From contig JBFLKU010000006.1 of NCBI GenBank assembly GCA_040883315.1, positions 5,465 to 69,464 of the forward strand: a DNA stretch of 64,000 nt, given 5' to 3'. The position numbers were made by a program, and so were the translations under genes. Shown piece by piece: positions 9,570-18,827 of this stretch. Position 1 is the stretch's first letter. The number at the start of each line of letters is the position of its first letter. Source of the DNA: Eubacteriales bacterium. Lineage in GTDB: Bacteria > Bacillota > Clostridia > Christensenellales > UMGS416. The notes beneath the pieces were generated by a model. That model saw only the letters and a list, made by a program, of their open reading frames with translations. It did not search any database and was not told where the DNA came from.

Positions 9570-9638
9570 GTGGGAGGGCTGGTTGCTCACAGGCTCGTCA
9601 TTCTGAGAGCGATGTCAATCTGACACCCGATTAACCAC
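9570..9638 (+). promoter_or_regulatory. L1-binding autoregulatory leader of rplK
   Basis: GTGGGAGGG...CCCGATTAACCAC, the Firmicute L1-site pattern, directly before the AAGGAGG RBS. Confidence 0.65.
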
Positions 9639-9658
9639 AATATAAGGAGGACAAAAAA

Positions 9659-10084
9659 ATGGCAAAGAAAGTAATGGGTCTAATTAAATTGCAAGTGCCA
9701 GCTGGAAAAGCATCTCCGGCACCACCAATTGGTCCGGCTTTGGGTCAGCATGGTGTAAACATCATGGGCTTTTGCAAAGACTTTAACTCAAGAACATCTC
9801 AACAAGAAGGTTTGATTATCCCTGTTGTTATCACAGTGTATCAAGATCGTTCATTTTCATTTATCACCAAAACACCACCAGCTGCTGTTTTGATAAAGAA
9901 AGCATGCAACATCAAGAGCGGTTCAGGCGAACCACACACAAAAAAGGTAGCAACAATAACACATGCACAACTGCAGGAAATCGCAGAGCTGAAAATGCCA
10001 GATTTGAATGCAGCAAGTGTTGAAGCAGCTATTTCTATGATTGCTGGCACAGCCAGAAGCATGGGTGTAGTAGTAGAAGGATAG
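9659..10084 (+). CDS. rplK: 50S ribosomal protein L11
   Basis: [38 protein letters not shown]. Confidence 0.98.
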   Translation: MAKKVMGLIKLQVPAGKASPAPPIGPALGQHGVNIMGFCKDFNSRTSQQEGLIIPVVITVYQDRSFSFITKTPPAAVLIKKACNIKSGSGEPHTKKVATITHAQLQEIAELKMPDLNAASVEAAISMIAGTARSMGVVVEG

Positions 10085-10099
10085 TACAAATTTACAACT

Positions 10100-10128
10100 T
10101 GTGGAAGGCACAAGCCGATATTACCACA
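10100..10128 (+). promoter_or_regulatory. Second L1-binding site before rplA
   Basis: TGTGGAAGGC-acaa-GCCGATATTACCACA immediately before the GGAGG RBS. Confidence 0.65.
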
Positions 10129-10144
10129 TGGAGGATATGTTGAA

Positions 10145-10837
10145 ATGAAAAGAGGAAAAAAATATCAAGACAGCGAAAAGCTGATTGAGAACTTAAAGTT
10201 ATACGACACAGAAGAAGCTGTTGATTTAGTATTGCAGACTGCAAAGGCTAAATTTGACGAGACAATAGAAATATCTGCACGCTTGGGAGTAGACCCAAGG
10301 CACGCAGACCAACAAGTTAGAGGCACAGTAGTGCTGCCAAACGGTACTGGTAAAGAAGTTCGCGTATTGGTTGTTGCCAAAGGCGACGCTGCCAAAGCAG
10401 CAGAAGAAGCTGGTGCTGAGTACGTAGGTGTGGAAGAATACCTAGAAAAAATCGAAAAGCAAAACTGGTTCGATTTTGATGTTATGATTACAACACCTGA
10501 TATGATGAGATTTGTAGGAAAGTTGGGTCGTGTATTAGGACCAAAAGGACTGATGCCAAACCCAAAATCAGGCACAGTAACACCTGATGTTGCAAAAGCA
10601 GTTGAAGAAATCAAATCTGGTAAAGTTGAATACCGTGTTGATAAATCTGCTATATGCCACGTTATTATCGGCAAGGCATCATTCGGAAAAGAAAAGCTTG
10701 TTGAAAACTTAAATACTCTGATGGAAGCTATAGTAAAGGCAAAGCCTTCTGCAGCAAAGGGTACTTATCTAAAATCTTTAGTAGTATCATCTACAATGGG
10801 CCCTGGAATCAGGTTGAATGCTCAAAAGTTCATGTAA
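10145..10837 (+). CDS. rplA: 50S ribosomal protein L1
   Basis: [44 protein letters not shown]. Confidence 0.98.
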   Translation: MKRGKKYQDSEKLIENLKLYDTEEAVDLVLQTAKAKFDETIEISARLGVDPRHADQQVRGTVVLPNGTGKEVRVLVVAKGDAAKAAEEAGAEYVGVEEYLEKIEKQNWFDFDVMITTPDMMRFVGKLGRVLGPKGLMPNPKSGTVTPDVAKAVEEIKSGKVEYRVDKSAICHVIIGKASFGKEKLVENLNTLMEAIVKAKPSAAKGTYLKSLVVSSTMGPGIRLNAQKFM

Positions 10838-10865
10838 AAGAAGATTTAATTTATTTTTCAATTGG

Positions 10866-10891
10866 AGGGTTGTCTTTGGGACAACCCTTTT
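10866..10891 (+). terminator. Intrinsic terminator after rplA
   Basis: AGGGTTGTC-tttgg-GACAACCCT followed by T residues. Confidence 0.75.
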
Positions 10892-10909
10892 AACATTATA
10901 GGAGCATGT

Positions 10910-12313
10910 ATGAGTGAAAAGGCAGCAATAAAAACAGACAAAAAAAGAGGCATGATACTGAAAGGGAATCTATATAAAGTGATAATAACACTTTCTCTTC
11001 CTATTATGCTCTCAAATCTAATACAGACATTTTATAATCTGGCAGATAGCTATTTTGTATCTAGAATGGGCGAAATCGAGCTGAATGCAGTAGGTGTGGT
11101 ATGGCCTTTTGTATTCGCTATGATTGGGCTTGGAAGAGGGCTATCTTTAGGCTCTATAGCGCTTATTTCAAATCACGTGGGAGCGCAAGATGAGGAAGAG
11201 GCACGCAAGGCATCTGCTCAGAGCCTTTCATATTTATTTATTGTAGGGGTGATTATGGGAGTACTGGGGTACCTAGTATCTCCTGTGATTTTAAAATGGA
11301 TGCATATAACTGGGCAGACATACGAATATTCACTGCAGTACCTGAATATAATATTTATTGGTGCACCTTTTATGTACCTGTTCTTTGCCTTCCAGTCAAT
11401 ACAGCAGGCACAGGGAAATATGATACTTCCTATGATATTAAGCGGAGTATCGGTTATTATAAATATAGGGCTAGACCCGATTTTCATTTTTACATTGGAT
11501 TTGGGTGTAGAAGGCGCAGCATATGCCACAATACTGGCTAGAATACTTTTGGGAATTGTAAGCATTCTCTTCTATTTTCTATCAAAGAAAACCAAGTATA
11601 AGCCAAAGCTCAGTCAGCTGATTCCTGATATGAGGATAATAAAAGAGATAAGCAAAACAGGCGTGCCGGCATCTTTTGGTCAGGTGACATCAGCTGTGGG
11701 ATTCATGGCAATAAACTCACTGGTGTATTCTTATGGGGACAATGTATTGACAGCATTTTTGATAGGCAATAGAATAGTGTCATTGGTGATGATGCCGTGC
11801 ATGGGAATAGGCAACGCTCTGTCTACTATCGTAGGGCAAAACCTAGGAGCAGGAAACATATCTAGAACGAGAGAGGCATTGAAAAAATCTTTTATATCAA
11901 GTATGATGTTTGCATTGGTAGGCATAGTCTTTCTATTGATTCTAAGGGAGCCGTTTATCAGAGCATTTACAGATGACTTGAATGTAATAAATTATGCTAA
12001 TGCCTACGGTTTGATAATAACTCTTGCAATGCCGCTGATGACAATATTTAATGTGTGGACAGGCTTGTTTATTGGTGCCAATAGAGGGACTTTCTCTATG
12101 ATTATTATGATGACACGGCTGTGGATATATAGAATACCAACAATATTAATTTTGAAATATGTATTCCATGTAAATGAATATGCCATATGGATACCGCTGG
12201 TAATAAGCAACGTGCTAGCCTGCATAACAGGATGGGTTTTGTATAAGAGAGGCAATATTTTCGGCGGCTTCGCTAATAATGATTTTAAGAATGTTAGTAT
12301 AGAGGAGACATAG
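10910..12313 (+). CDS. MATE family efflux transporter
   Basis: LPIMLSNLIQTFYNLADSYFV, NIGLDPIFIF..GVEGAAYAT, VGQNLGAG; start placed at ATG 10910 after AGGAG. Confidence 0.9.
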   Translation: MSEKAAIKTDKKRGMILKGNLYKVIITLSLPIMLSNLIQTFYNLADSYFVSRMGEIELNAVGVVWPFVFAMIGLGRGLSLGSIALISNHVGAQDEEEARKASAQSLSYLFIVGVIMGVLGYLVSPVILKWMHITGQTYEYSLQYLNIIFIGAPFMYLFFAFQSIQQAQGNMILPMILSGVSVIINIGLDPIFIFTLDLGVEGAAYATILARILLGIVSILFYFLSKKTKYKPKLSQLIPDMRIIKEISKTGVPASFGQVTSAVGFMAINSLVYSYGDNVLTAFLIGNRIVSLVMMPCMGIGNALSTIVGQNLGAGNISRTREALKKSFISSMMFALVGIVFLLILREPFIRAFTDDLNVINYANAYGLIITLAMPLMTIFNVWTGLFIGANRGTFSMIIMMTRLWIYRIPTILILKYVFHVNEYAIWIPLVISNVLACITGWVLYKRGNIFGGFANNDFKNVSIEET

Positions 12314-12314
12314 A

Positions 12315-12902
12315 ATGAGATTAGTGATTGCGAGCAACAACAAGCACAAAGTGAAAGAGATAAAGATGATATTATCGGATTATTATGATGATATCGTCTC
12401 TATGGGCGAGGCTGGGTGCTTTGACGAGATAGAAGAATACGGAAAAACTTTTGAGGAGAATTCATATATTAAGGCAAAGTATGTCTTTGATAAACTCGGC
12501 TGTGCGGCGTTGGCAGACGATTCTGGACTGGAAGTGGATGCACTTGATGGAGAGCCGGGCGTCTATTCCGCCAGATATGCAGGGCAGCACGGCAAGGACG
12601 AGGCAAATAATGACAAACTGCTGGCTGTAATGGAAGAAATAGATGATGATAAAAGAGGAGCACAGTTTGTTAGCGTGGTGTCGCTGGTGCAGCCAGATGG
12701 CACACAGATTTCCGCAAAAGGCATCTGCAGAGGCAAGATTTTGCGGCAAAGACGGGGAGACGGTGGATTTGGATATGACCCGATATTCTATATTGAAGAG
12801 CTGGGCAAAACCATGGCAGAGCTGACTATGGAAGAGAAGAACAAAATCAGCCACAGAAAAAGAGCATTGCAGGGATTGAAAGAAAAATTACAGAAAAAAT
12901 GA
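12315..12902 (+). CDS. rdgB: Non-canonical purine NTP pyrophosphatase (RdgB/HAM1)
   Basis: ASNNKHKVKE, ADDSGL, PGVYSARY, GFGYDPIF, KNKISHR. Confidence 0.95.
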   Translation: MRLVIASNNKHKVKEIKMILSDYYDDIVSMGEAGCFDEIEEYGKTFEENSYIKAKYVFDKLGCAALADDSGLEVDALDGEPGVYSARYAGQHGKDEANNDKLLAVMEEIDDDKRGAQFVSVVSLVQPDGTQISAKGICRGKILRQRRGDGGFGYDPIFYIEELGKTMAELTMEEKNKISHRKRALQGLKEKLQKK

Positions 12903-13354
12903 AAACCATAATAGTAACATCAGATACCCACGGCAAAGTGGAAAATTTATATCATATATACAAAAAGAATAAAAAGGCAGATATGTTTATTCACCTAGGG
13001 GACTATGCTTCTGATGCCGTTGCAGCATCAGCTAGGCTGGGAACGAACGTGGAATGCGTGAAAGCAAACGGCGACATAGGCAGCCAGCTTCCGCTTGCAA
13101 AGGAATTTATAGTGGATAGAAATAAAATTCTGGCTGTGCATGGGCATGTGCAAAGGGTGAAATATTCACTATTGAGACTGAATTTTATGGCTAGAGAGGC
13201 GAATGCAGATATTGTGCTCTTTGGGCACACTCATATGTCGCTGGTGGAAAATAACGGAATACTGTTTGTGAATCCGGGCTTTGGATACAGGGGCGAATAC
13301 GCAGTTGTAACTATAGAAAAGGGCGTAGCCAATGCAAAAATAATGCAGCTATAG
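12899..13354 (+). CDS. YfcE/YsnB-family metallophosphoesterase
   Basis: SDTHG, HLGD, ANGD (GNxD variant), HGH, FGHTH, NPG; usual neighbour of rdgB. Confidence 0.85.
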   Translation: MKTIIVTSDTHGKVENLYHIYKKNKKADMFIHLGDYASDAVAASARLGTNVECVKANGDIGSQLPLAKEFIVDRNKILAVHGHVQRVKYSLLRLNFMAREANADIVLFGHTHMSLVENNGILFVNPGFGYRGEYAVVTIEKGVANAKIMQL

Positions 13355-14101
13355 CTCTATGTGATTTTCCAGCAGGCGAATACCTACATTTCTAAGTGTT
13401 GATATAGTGAACTCTGCATTGTGCTTAACCAGTGTTTTTCGCAGATCCATTAAATGAACATCAACTGTTCTGGAACTTAAATTTTCATTTTGGTTCCATA
13501 CAGCCTTCACAAATACATTTCTCTTTATTACCCTATTTTTGTGCTTTATCAAATAGAAGAGTATTCTCATCTCCATTGGCTTCAATGGTACTTTTTTGTC
13601 ATCTATATATGCTTCATATGTATCCATATTCACATACACATTTTTGCATCTGGTTGCTCCGGAGAATTTAAAAGCGTTTCTATACTCCTGCAGAATAAAA
13701 AGAATTTTCTCGCATGCATTCTTGTCATAGTTGTCGTTGTCGGATCGCAGAGTCAGCTCACAGCCGCCTATCTCCAGTGCATTTTTGCTGAGAATGCCCA
13801 GAATAGTGACAGATGAGAACTCACGGATTTTTTGCATAGCTCTTGTGAAACCAGAGCTTAATATAACTAAGTCCACAGGATTTTTCAGCAGAAATGTTAC
13901 AGCGTCCTTGGAGCTGGTAACATAATTGCATTTGCATCCTGTGGATATAAACGCACTTCGTGATACTGATAAATTGTCGCTGCTTCCGCCTATTAAAAGA
14001 ACAGAGTAGTCAGATGGATTATTCACCTTAATAGGCTTGTTTGCGTATGAATATTTATTTTCGGCAGATTTTTTATCGCTTTTTTTGTCCATACTTTGCA
14101 T
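13349..14101 (-). CDS. OmpR-type winged-helix regulator with a degenerate receiver domain
   Basis: C-terminal LKPMEMRILFYL...SRTVDVH..LRK.L...ISTLRNVG; the N-terminal receiver-like part has DLVILS where DLVILD is expected. Confidence 0.75.
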   Translation of the reverse strand: MQSMDKKSDKKSAENKYSYANKPIKVNNPSDYSVLLIGGSSDNLSVSRSAFISTGCKCNYVTSSKDAVTFLLKNPVDLVILSSGFTRAMQKIREFSSVTILGILSKNALEIGGCELTLRSDNDNYDKNACEKILFILQEYRNAFKFSGATRCKNVYVNMDTYEAYIDDKKVPLKPMEMRILFYLIKHKNRVIKRNVFVKAVWNQNENLSSRTVDVHLMDLRKTLVKHNAEFTISTLRNVGIRLLENHIEL

Positions 14102-14139
14102 AAGAATAATCCTTTTAGCTGCTCACAGAGCAGATGTTT

Positions 14140-15816
14140 TTATTGCTTATTTTCCAGCGTTCTTGCAAAAGAGTCTTTCAGGCTTACAGTTCTGTTGAAA
14201 ACCATTTTTTCGCCTTTGCTGTCTAGGCAATAGTAGCCTTGGCGCATAAACTGGAATTTGTCACCTATATTTGCATTCTCCAATGATTTCTCCGCCACTG
14301 CATTGTCTATTACTGTTAGGGAGCTTTCATTCAGCTGCTCGATATAGTCGCTGCTTTCTATGCTCTCATCTATTAATGACTCATAGTTTCTTATCTCAAC
14401 AGGCACATAATTGCTGGCGTCTACCCAATGGATAGTGCCTTTGATTTTTCTTCCTGCTGTTTCGCCGCCGGATTTGCTGGTGGCGTCATGGGTGCAGTGC
14501 ACTTCTATAACGTTGCCGTTTTCATCCTTTATTGCTTTTTCAAATTTTATTATATATGCATTGATCAGCCTTACTTCGCCGTCTTTTTTCAGACGATGAT
14601 ATTTGCCGGGTGCATCCTCCCAAAAGTCCATTTTTTCGATATATATTTCCTTAGAGAATGTAATATCCCTCTCACCCATTTCAGGGTGCATAGGATGATT
14701 GGTGCCTTGCACCACTTCGCTGCCCTCATAGTCTGTTATTACCACCTTCAAAGGCTCTGTAATAACCATTGCACGAGGTGCAGTGTTGTTCAGGTCTTCA
14801 CGCACGCAGTGCTCCAGCAGCTTGTAGTCAACCACTGAGTCAGCTTTTGCTATCCCTGCACGCTTTATGAAATCACGTATGGCATAGGATGTGAATCCGC
14901 GTCTTCTCAGCCCGCGTATTGTAGGCATTCTGGGGTCGTCCCAGCCGTCTACATAGCCTTCCTCTATCAGCTTTCTTAGGTATCTTTTGGACATTATAGT
15001 TCCGGTTATATTCAGCCTTGCAAATTCTATTTGTCTCGGTTTGTTTTCAAAACCGATTTCGTCTATCACCCAGTCGTATAGAGGGCGGTGTGCTTCGTAT
15101 TCCAAGGAGCACAAAGAATGTGTGATTCCCTCTAGTGCATCCTGAATAGGGTGAGCAAAATCGTACATCGGGTATATGCACCATTTGTCGCCGGCTCTCC
15201 AGTGCTCGGCGTGCTTTATTCTGTATATCACAGGGTCACGCATATTTATATTTGGGCTTTGCATGTCGATTTTGGCACGCAAAGTCAATGTGCCATCCTC
15301 ATGCTTGCCCTCTTTCATTTCTTCGAATAGCTTCAGGTTTTCTTCAATAGGTCTGTTCCTATATGGGCTGTCTTTTCCAGGCTCCGTCAGCGTGCCTCTG
15401 TATTCTCTGGTTTCCTCCGGGCTTAGCTCATCCACATATGCTTTGTCTTTTTTGATAAGCTCTACAGCAAATTCGTAGGTCTTTTCAAAATAATCAGAGC
15501 CGTAGAATACACCGCCTGTCCAGTTGAATCCCATCCATTTAATATCTTCCTGCTGAGAAATTGCAAACTCTACTTCCTCTTTTTCAGGGTTTGTGTCATC
15601 ATATCGAAGATTGCACAGTCCTTCGTACTTATCGGCAATAGAAAAGTCAATATATATAGCCTTGAGGTGACCTATGTGAAGATATCCATTTGGTTCCGGT
15701 GGAAAACGAGTGTGAATATGGTCTTTCACTTTTCCTTCTTCTATGTCTTCATTAATATATTTTTCTATAAAATTTGTTGCCTCTATAGGCATAGCCTTTT
15801 TTGGTTGGTATGTCAT
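14140..15816 (-). CDS. glnS: Glutamine--tRNA ligase
   Basis: TRFPPEPNGYLHIGH, MSKR, GWDDPRMPT, FQFMRQGYY. Confidence 0.97.
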   Translation of the reverse strand: MTYQPKKAMPIEATNFIEKYINEDIEEGKVKDHIHTRFPPEPNGYLHIGHLKAIYIDFSIADKYEGLCNLRYDDTNPEKEEVEFAISQQEDIKWMGFNWTGGVFYGSDYFEKTYEFAVELIKKDKAYVDELSPEETREYRGTLTEPGKDSPYRNRPIEENLKLFEEMKEGKHEDGTLTLRAKIDMQSPNINMRDPVIYRIKHAEHWRAGDKWCIYPMYDFAHPIQDALEGITHSLCSLEYEAHRPLYDWVIDEIGFENKPRQIEFARLNITGTIMSKRYLRKLIEEGYVDGWDDPRMPTIRGLRRRGFTSYAIRDFIKRAGIAKADSVVDYKLLEHCVREDLNNTAPRAMVITEPLKVVITDYEGSEVVQGTNHPMHPEMGERDITFSKEIYIEKMDFWEDAPGKYHRLKKDGEVRLINAYIIKFEKAIKDENGNVIEVHCTHDATSKSGGETAGRKIKGTIHWVDASNYVPVEIRNYESLIDESIESSDYIEQLNESSLTVIDNAVAEKSLENANIGDKFQFMRQGYYCLDSKGEKMVFNRTVSLKDSFARTLENKQ

Positions 15817-15929
15817 GAGTTTGCCTTTCCTTAAGTAAATTTCTAATTACAGTATTTTATCATATTTATTAATTTGAAACAATGTTTTTAAGCAGGATTA
15901 CATTACTATAAAAACTGAATAGAAAAGTT

Positions 15930-17048
15930 CTATATCAATTTCTTGTCATATATTCTGTATGTTTTCATGTATTCCATTCCAAGCTTTTCAAGGGCATTTT
16001 TTATTCTAAAATTGTCTTCCAAAATATAGTTGGCTTCCATTCGAATGTTCTTATGCTTTAGATGCCTATTTAGGTTGATGTACATCAGAGCATCCAGCGC
16101 CATGCCCTGATAATCAGGATGAACAGCCAGACCAAAAAGCCTGTAGTCTCGTATCTTCTTAACGCCAAATAATATTTTCGCCCATCCAAAAGGCAGAAGA
16201 TGACCGTTTATTTTTTTTAGTATAATATTGATATCTGGAAAGCCAAGGCAAAAGCCAACAGGCTTCTCATTGTCTTCCACTATCCACACGGCGTTTTCAT
16301 CCACTATCAGCTTCAGCTTCTTCAGCATGTCCTCCATCACTTCCAGATCCAGCGGCACAAAGCCCCAGTTGTCTGCCAGAGAGATGTTGCTGAGCTCCCA
16401 TATTATTTTAGCGTCTTGTTTCAGATTATGTGTGTTGAGCCTTCTAATATTTATATTTGGGTAGTGACTCATAAATTTATCGTAGAATTTCTCATATCTT
16501 TCGGGCAGAGTATAGCCTTTTTGCATGTCTACTTCATACACAAGCAAATCTTTAGTTTTTTCATATCCATTTGATGTGAAAAATTCGTGATAGTATTCGA
16601 AATTCCACGGAGACATATATACAGGAGGATATTCGTATCCATCGTATACAAAGCCCCAGTTTTCGGCTACGGGGTGAATGGGGCCGCGGATTGTGTCCAT
16701 GCCTCGCTCTTTCAGCCAGTTTTGTGCAGCGACTATCAGCATTTCAGCCGCCGCCTTATCATCTATGCATTCAAACGCACCGAAAAATCCTATTTTGGCT
16801 TTGTAGAATTCATTATGATTGTGGTCTATATAAACCAGATTTCTGCCAATGGCATTGCCTTCATCATCCAGCAAAAGCATAAGCTCAAAATCGGAGTTTG
16901 CAAGAATAGGATTATTCTTTTTGCTATATGCATTTTTTTCATCTATCCAGATGGGGGGAATGTAAAAATCACAGTTCTTATATATCTTTTTTGGAAGATA
17001 TACAAATTCTAATATTTCTTTTCTTGTTGTTGCAGATATTATTTTCAT
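15930..17048 (-). CDS. YghO-like double-GNAT acyltransferase (family including bacterial ceramide synthase bCerS)
   Basis: EF..LP..IY...YIPP, NP, GR, GFFGAFECIDD, IRGP, NWGFVP, PDIN....INGHLLPFGW, AVHPDYQG, ILEDN, KTYRIY. Confidence 0.75.
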   Translation of the reverse strand: MKIISATTRKEILEFVYLPKKIYKNCDFYIPPIWIDEKNAYSKKNNPILANSDFELMLLLDDEGNAIGRNLVYIDHNHNEFYKAKIGFFGAFECIDDKAAAEMLIVAAQNWLKERGMDTIRGPIHPVAENWGFVYDGYEYPPVYMSPWNFEYYHEFFTSNGYEKTKDLLVYEVDMQKGYTLPERYEKFYDKFMSHYPNINIRRLNTHNLKQDAKIIWELSNISLADNWGFVPLDLEVMEDMLKKLKLIVDENAVWIVEDNEKPVGFCLGFPDINIILKKINGHLLPFGWAKILFGVKKIRDYRLFGLAVHPDYQGMALDALMYINLNRHLKHKNIRMEANYILEDNFRIKNALEKLGMEYMKTYRIYDKKLI

Positions 17049-17219
17049 TATCTATTTTACCTCAGCATAAATATTGTTAATTATATCATATAACTTCTAT
17101 TTATTACACGAATGAAAACATATGCTCCAATTCTGTAATATATTATTAAATAAATTTTATCTATTAGTTGGTATTGATTTATGTTAAAATATGATTATTA
17201 AACCTATAGGAGCATGTAT

Positions 17220-17771
17220 ATGGAATATAAAACATACTTTGACAGAGCTAAAGTAGTGTGGCAGATGGAAGCAAGGTCAATACAGAAGCTGGAAAGAGGT
17301 ATAGACCCTATTTCATTTAACACCGTTGTAACTGAGATAAAAGAATGTCTGCAGAGAAAATGCAGAATCTATATCACAGGCAAAGGAACATCCGGAGCTG
17401 TTGGAGAAAAAATAGCTCATACTCTTTGCTGCGTGGATATACCAGCCAGTTTCATATCAATTGGTGTAGGTGTGAACGCGGCAATGGGATTGCTGCAAAA
17501 GGGCGATATACTGGTGATAATATCAAAGGGTGGAAACACAGAGGATGTGGTAAAGCTGATAAAGCCATGCGCCAAAAAGGGAGCCAAAGTGCTGGGAGTG
17601 ACATCCAACCCTGCATCACAACTAGGTCTGAAAAGTGATATTTTGCTAAAAGTATCAGTGGAGAGGGAAGTGGACGAGAAAAATTCGCTTGCTACAGCCT
17701 CAACAGTTGCTATGATTGCTGCATTTGATGCCATCGCAGTTGCTTTTCAGGAGATGGTGGATAAAAAATAG
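17220..17771 (+). CDS. SIS-domain sugar isomerase-like protein (KpsF-like, no CBS domains)
   Basis: TGKGTSG, KIAHTL, ISKGGNT, REVD....LATAST...AAFDAIA; start placed at ATG 17220 by RBS spacing. Confidence 0.8.
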   Translation: MEYKTYFDRAKVVWQMEARSIQKLERGIDPISFNTVVTEIKECLQRKCRIYITGKGTSGAVGEKIAHTLCCVDIPASFISIGVGVNAAMGLLQKGDILVIISKGGNTEDVVKLIKPCAKKGAKVLGVTSNPASQLGLKSDILLKVSVEREVDEKNSLATASTVAMIAAFDAIAVAFQEMVDKK

Positions 17772-17870
17772 CATATGCTTTGGAGCATATTAATGTATAT
17801 TTTGAAATAAAAATAATAAAAAAATATTTTAGATATTATACTAATGTAAAAATAGAAGGAGAAATACGAT

Positions 17871-18365
17871 ATGAAGTTTTGCAAAAACTGCTCTGCATCC
17901 CTAGAAGACGATGCGGTGTTTTGCACAGAATGCGGAATAAGCCTAGCTGATGATTTTTCTTCAGTGAAAGCAAGCAACGGAAACAATAGCTTTAGCAATG
18001 AAGGATACTCAGAAACCCAGCCTAAATACAGCAGTGACAATTCACAGACCGGTGCGAATGCAGGCAGCACTGTATACACCCAACAGCAATATAGTGCCCC
18101 AAAGGGAAACAACCCGGGCGTTCCATGGATGATAGTGTCTATAGTGATGCTATGCTGCTGCGTAAATGTTTTTGTTATTCCAGGGCTTGTTCTTTCGATA
18201 ATATCAATGAGCAGCTTTAATGCAGGTGACGTGGAAGATGCAAGAAAAAAGGCAAACACAGCAATGGTTCTGACCATAGTTGGCATAGTAGTAGGAATTG
18301 TTTTTAATGTTGTGCTTTTATTCGGACGTATTAATTCTGGAGCATTTGGAAGCACATATTATTAA
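17871..18365 (+). CDS. Zinc-ribbon + CD225/dispanin-family membrane protein
   Basis: FCKNC...FCTECG ribbon, low-complexity linker, then CCC....PGLV.SI.S......GD.E.AR..A..A plus TM helix. Confidence 0.75.
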   Translation: MKFCKNCSASLEDDAVFCTECGISLADDFSSVKASNGNNSFSNEGYSETQPKYSSDNSQTGANAGSTVYTQQQYSAPKGNNPGVPWMIVSIVMLCCCVNVFVIPGLVLSIISMSSFNAGDVEDARKKANTAMVLTIVGIVVGIVFNVVLLFGRINSGAFGSTYY

Positions 18366-18368
18366 TCC

Positions 18369-18776
18369 ATGAACAATAACATAAAAAAGATAATGGCAAT
18401 AGTATTGACTGTTGCCATATTTTCATATTTAGTGTATGTTTTCTTTGTGCCACCCACAGAGGGCGGAGCACATCTGCAGTGTGTATCAAAGACACTTTTT
18501 AACCTGAACTGCTTTAGCTGCGGCATGACAAGGTTTGTTTATTTTGCAATGCACGGCGATTTTGCATCAGCATTTCAGTACAATATTTTTGGGCCTATTC
18601 TGCTTTTAATGCTGGCTGTAGTATACTTATTGTTTATGAGATGGGCATTAAAAGGCAAAGCAATTCCCAACATACCAATGTGGGTAGTTTGGGCTTTTTT
18701 ATCTTTTATAATCGTGTATAGCATATTGAGAAATCTGCCCATTGAAGCTATCAAATTTCTCGCTCCGCCCTCGTAG
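18369..18776 (+). CDS. DUF2752 membrane protein
   Basis: C......NCFSCGMTR......GDF..AFQYN and terminal ILRNLP. Confidence 0.85.
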   Translation: MNNNIKKIMAIVLTVAIFSYLVYVFFVPPTEGGAHLQCVSKTLFNLNCFSCGMTRFVYFAMHGDFASAFQYNIFGPILLLMLAVVYLLFMRWALKGKAIPNIPMWVVWAFLSFIIVYSILRNLPIEAIKFLAPPS

Positions 18777-18792
18777 AATTTTATTATATTTA

Positions 18793-18827
18793 TTGCAATA
18801 TAAAAGAGTATAAACTATAATGGCTTT
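18793..18827 (+). promoter_or_regulatory. Sigma-A promoter giving a probably leaderless mRNA
   Basis: TTGCAA-17 nt-TATAAT-6 nt-ATG(18828), no SD. Confidence 0.7.

Noticed and set aside
9659-10837. Non-standard genetic code as the cause of the odd active-site residues
   Set aside because: Highly conserved proteins (L11, L1, RuvB, Tgt) translate normally under code 11, and the substitutions involve many different codons
10897-10911. Identical 15-mer TATAGGAGCATGTAT before the MATE gene and the SIS gene (about 17205)
   Set aside because: Mostly SD plus start context; two copies are not enough to claim a repeat element
15817-15929. T-box leaders for glnS (and for gltX at 53914-54016)
   Set aside because: The leaders are too short and lack the AAxxxGGGTGGxACC T-box sequence
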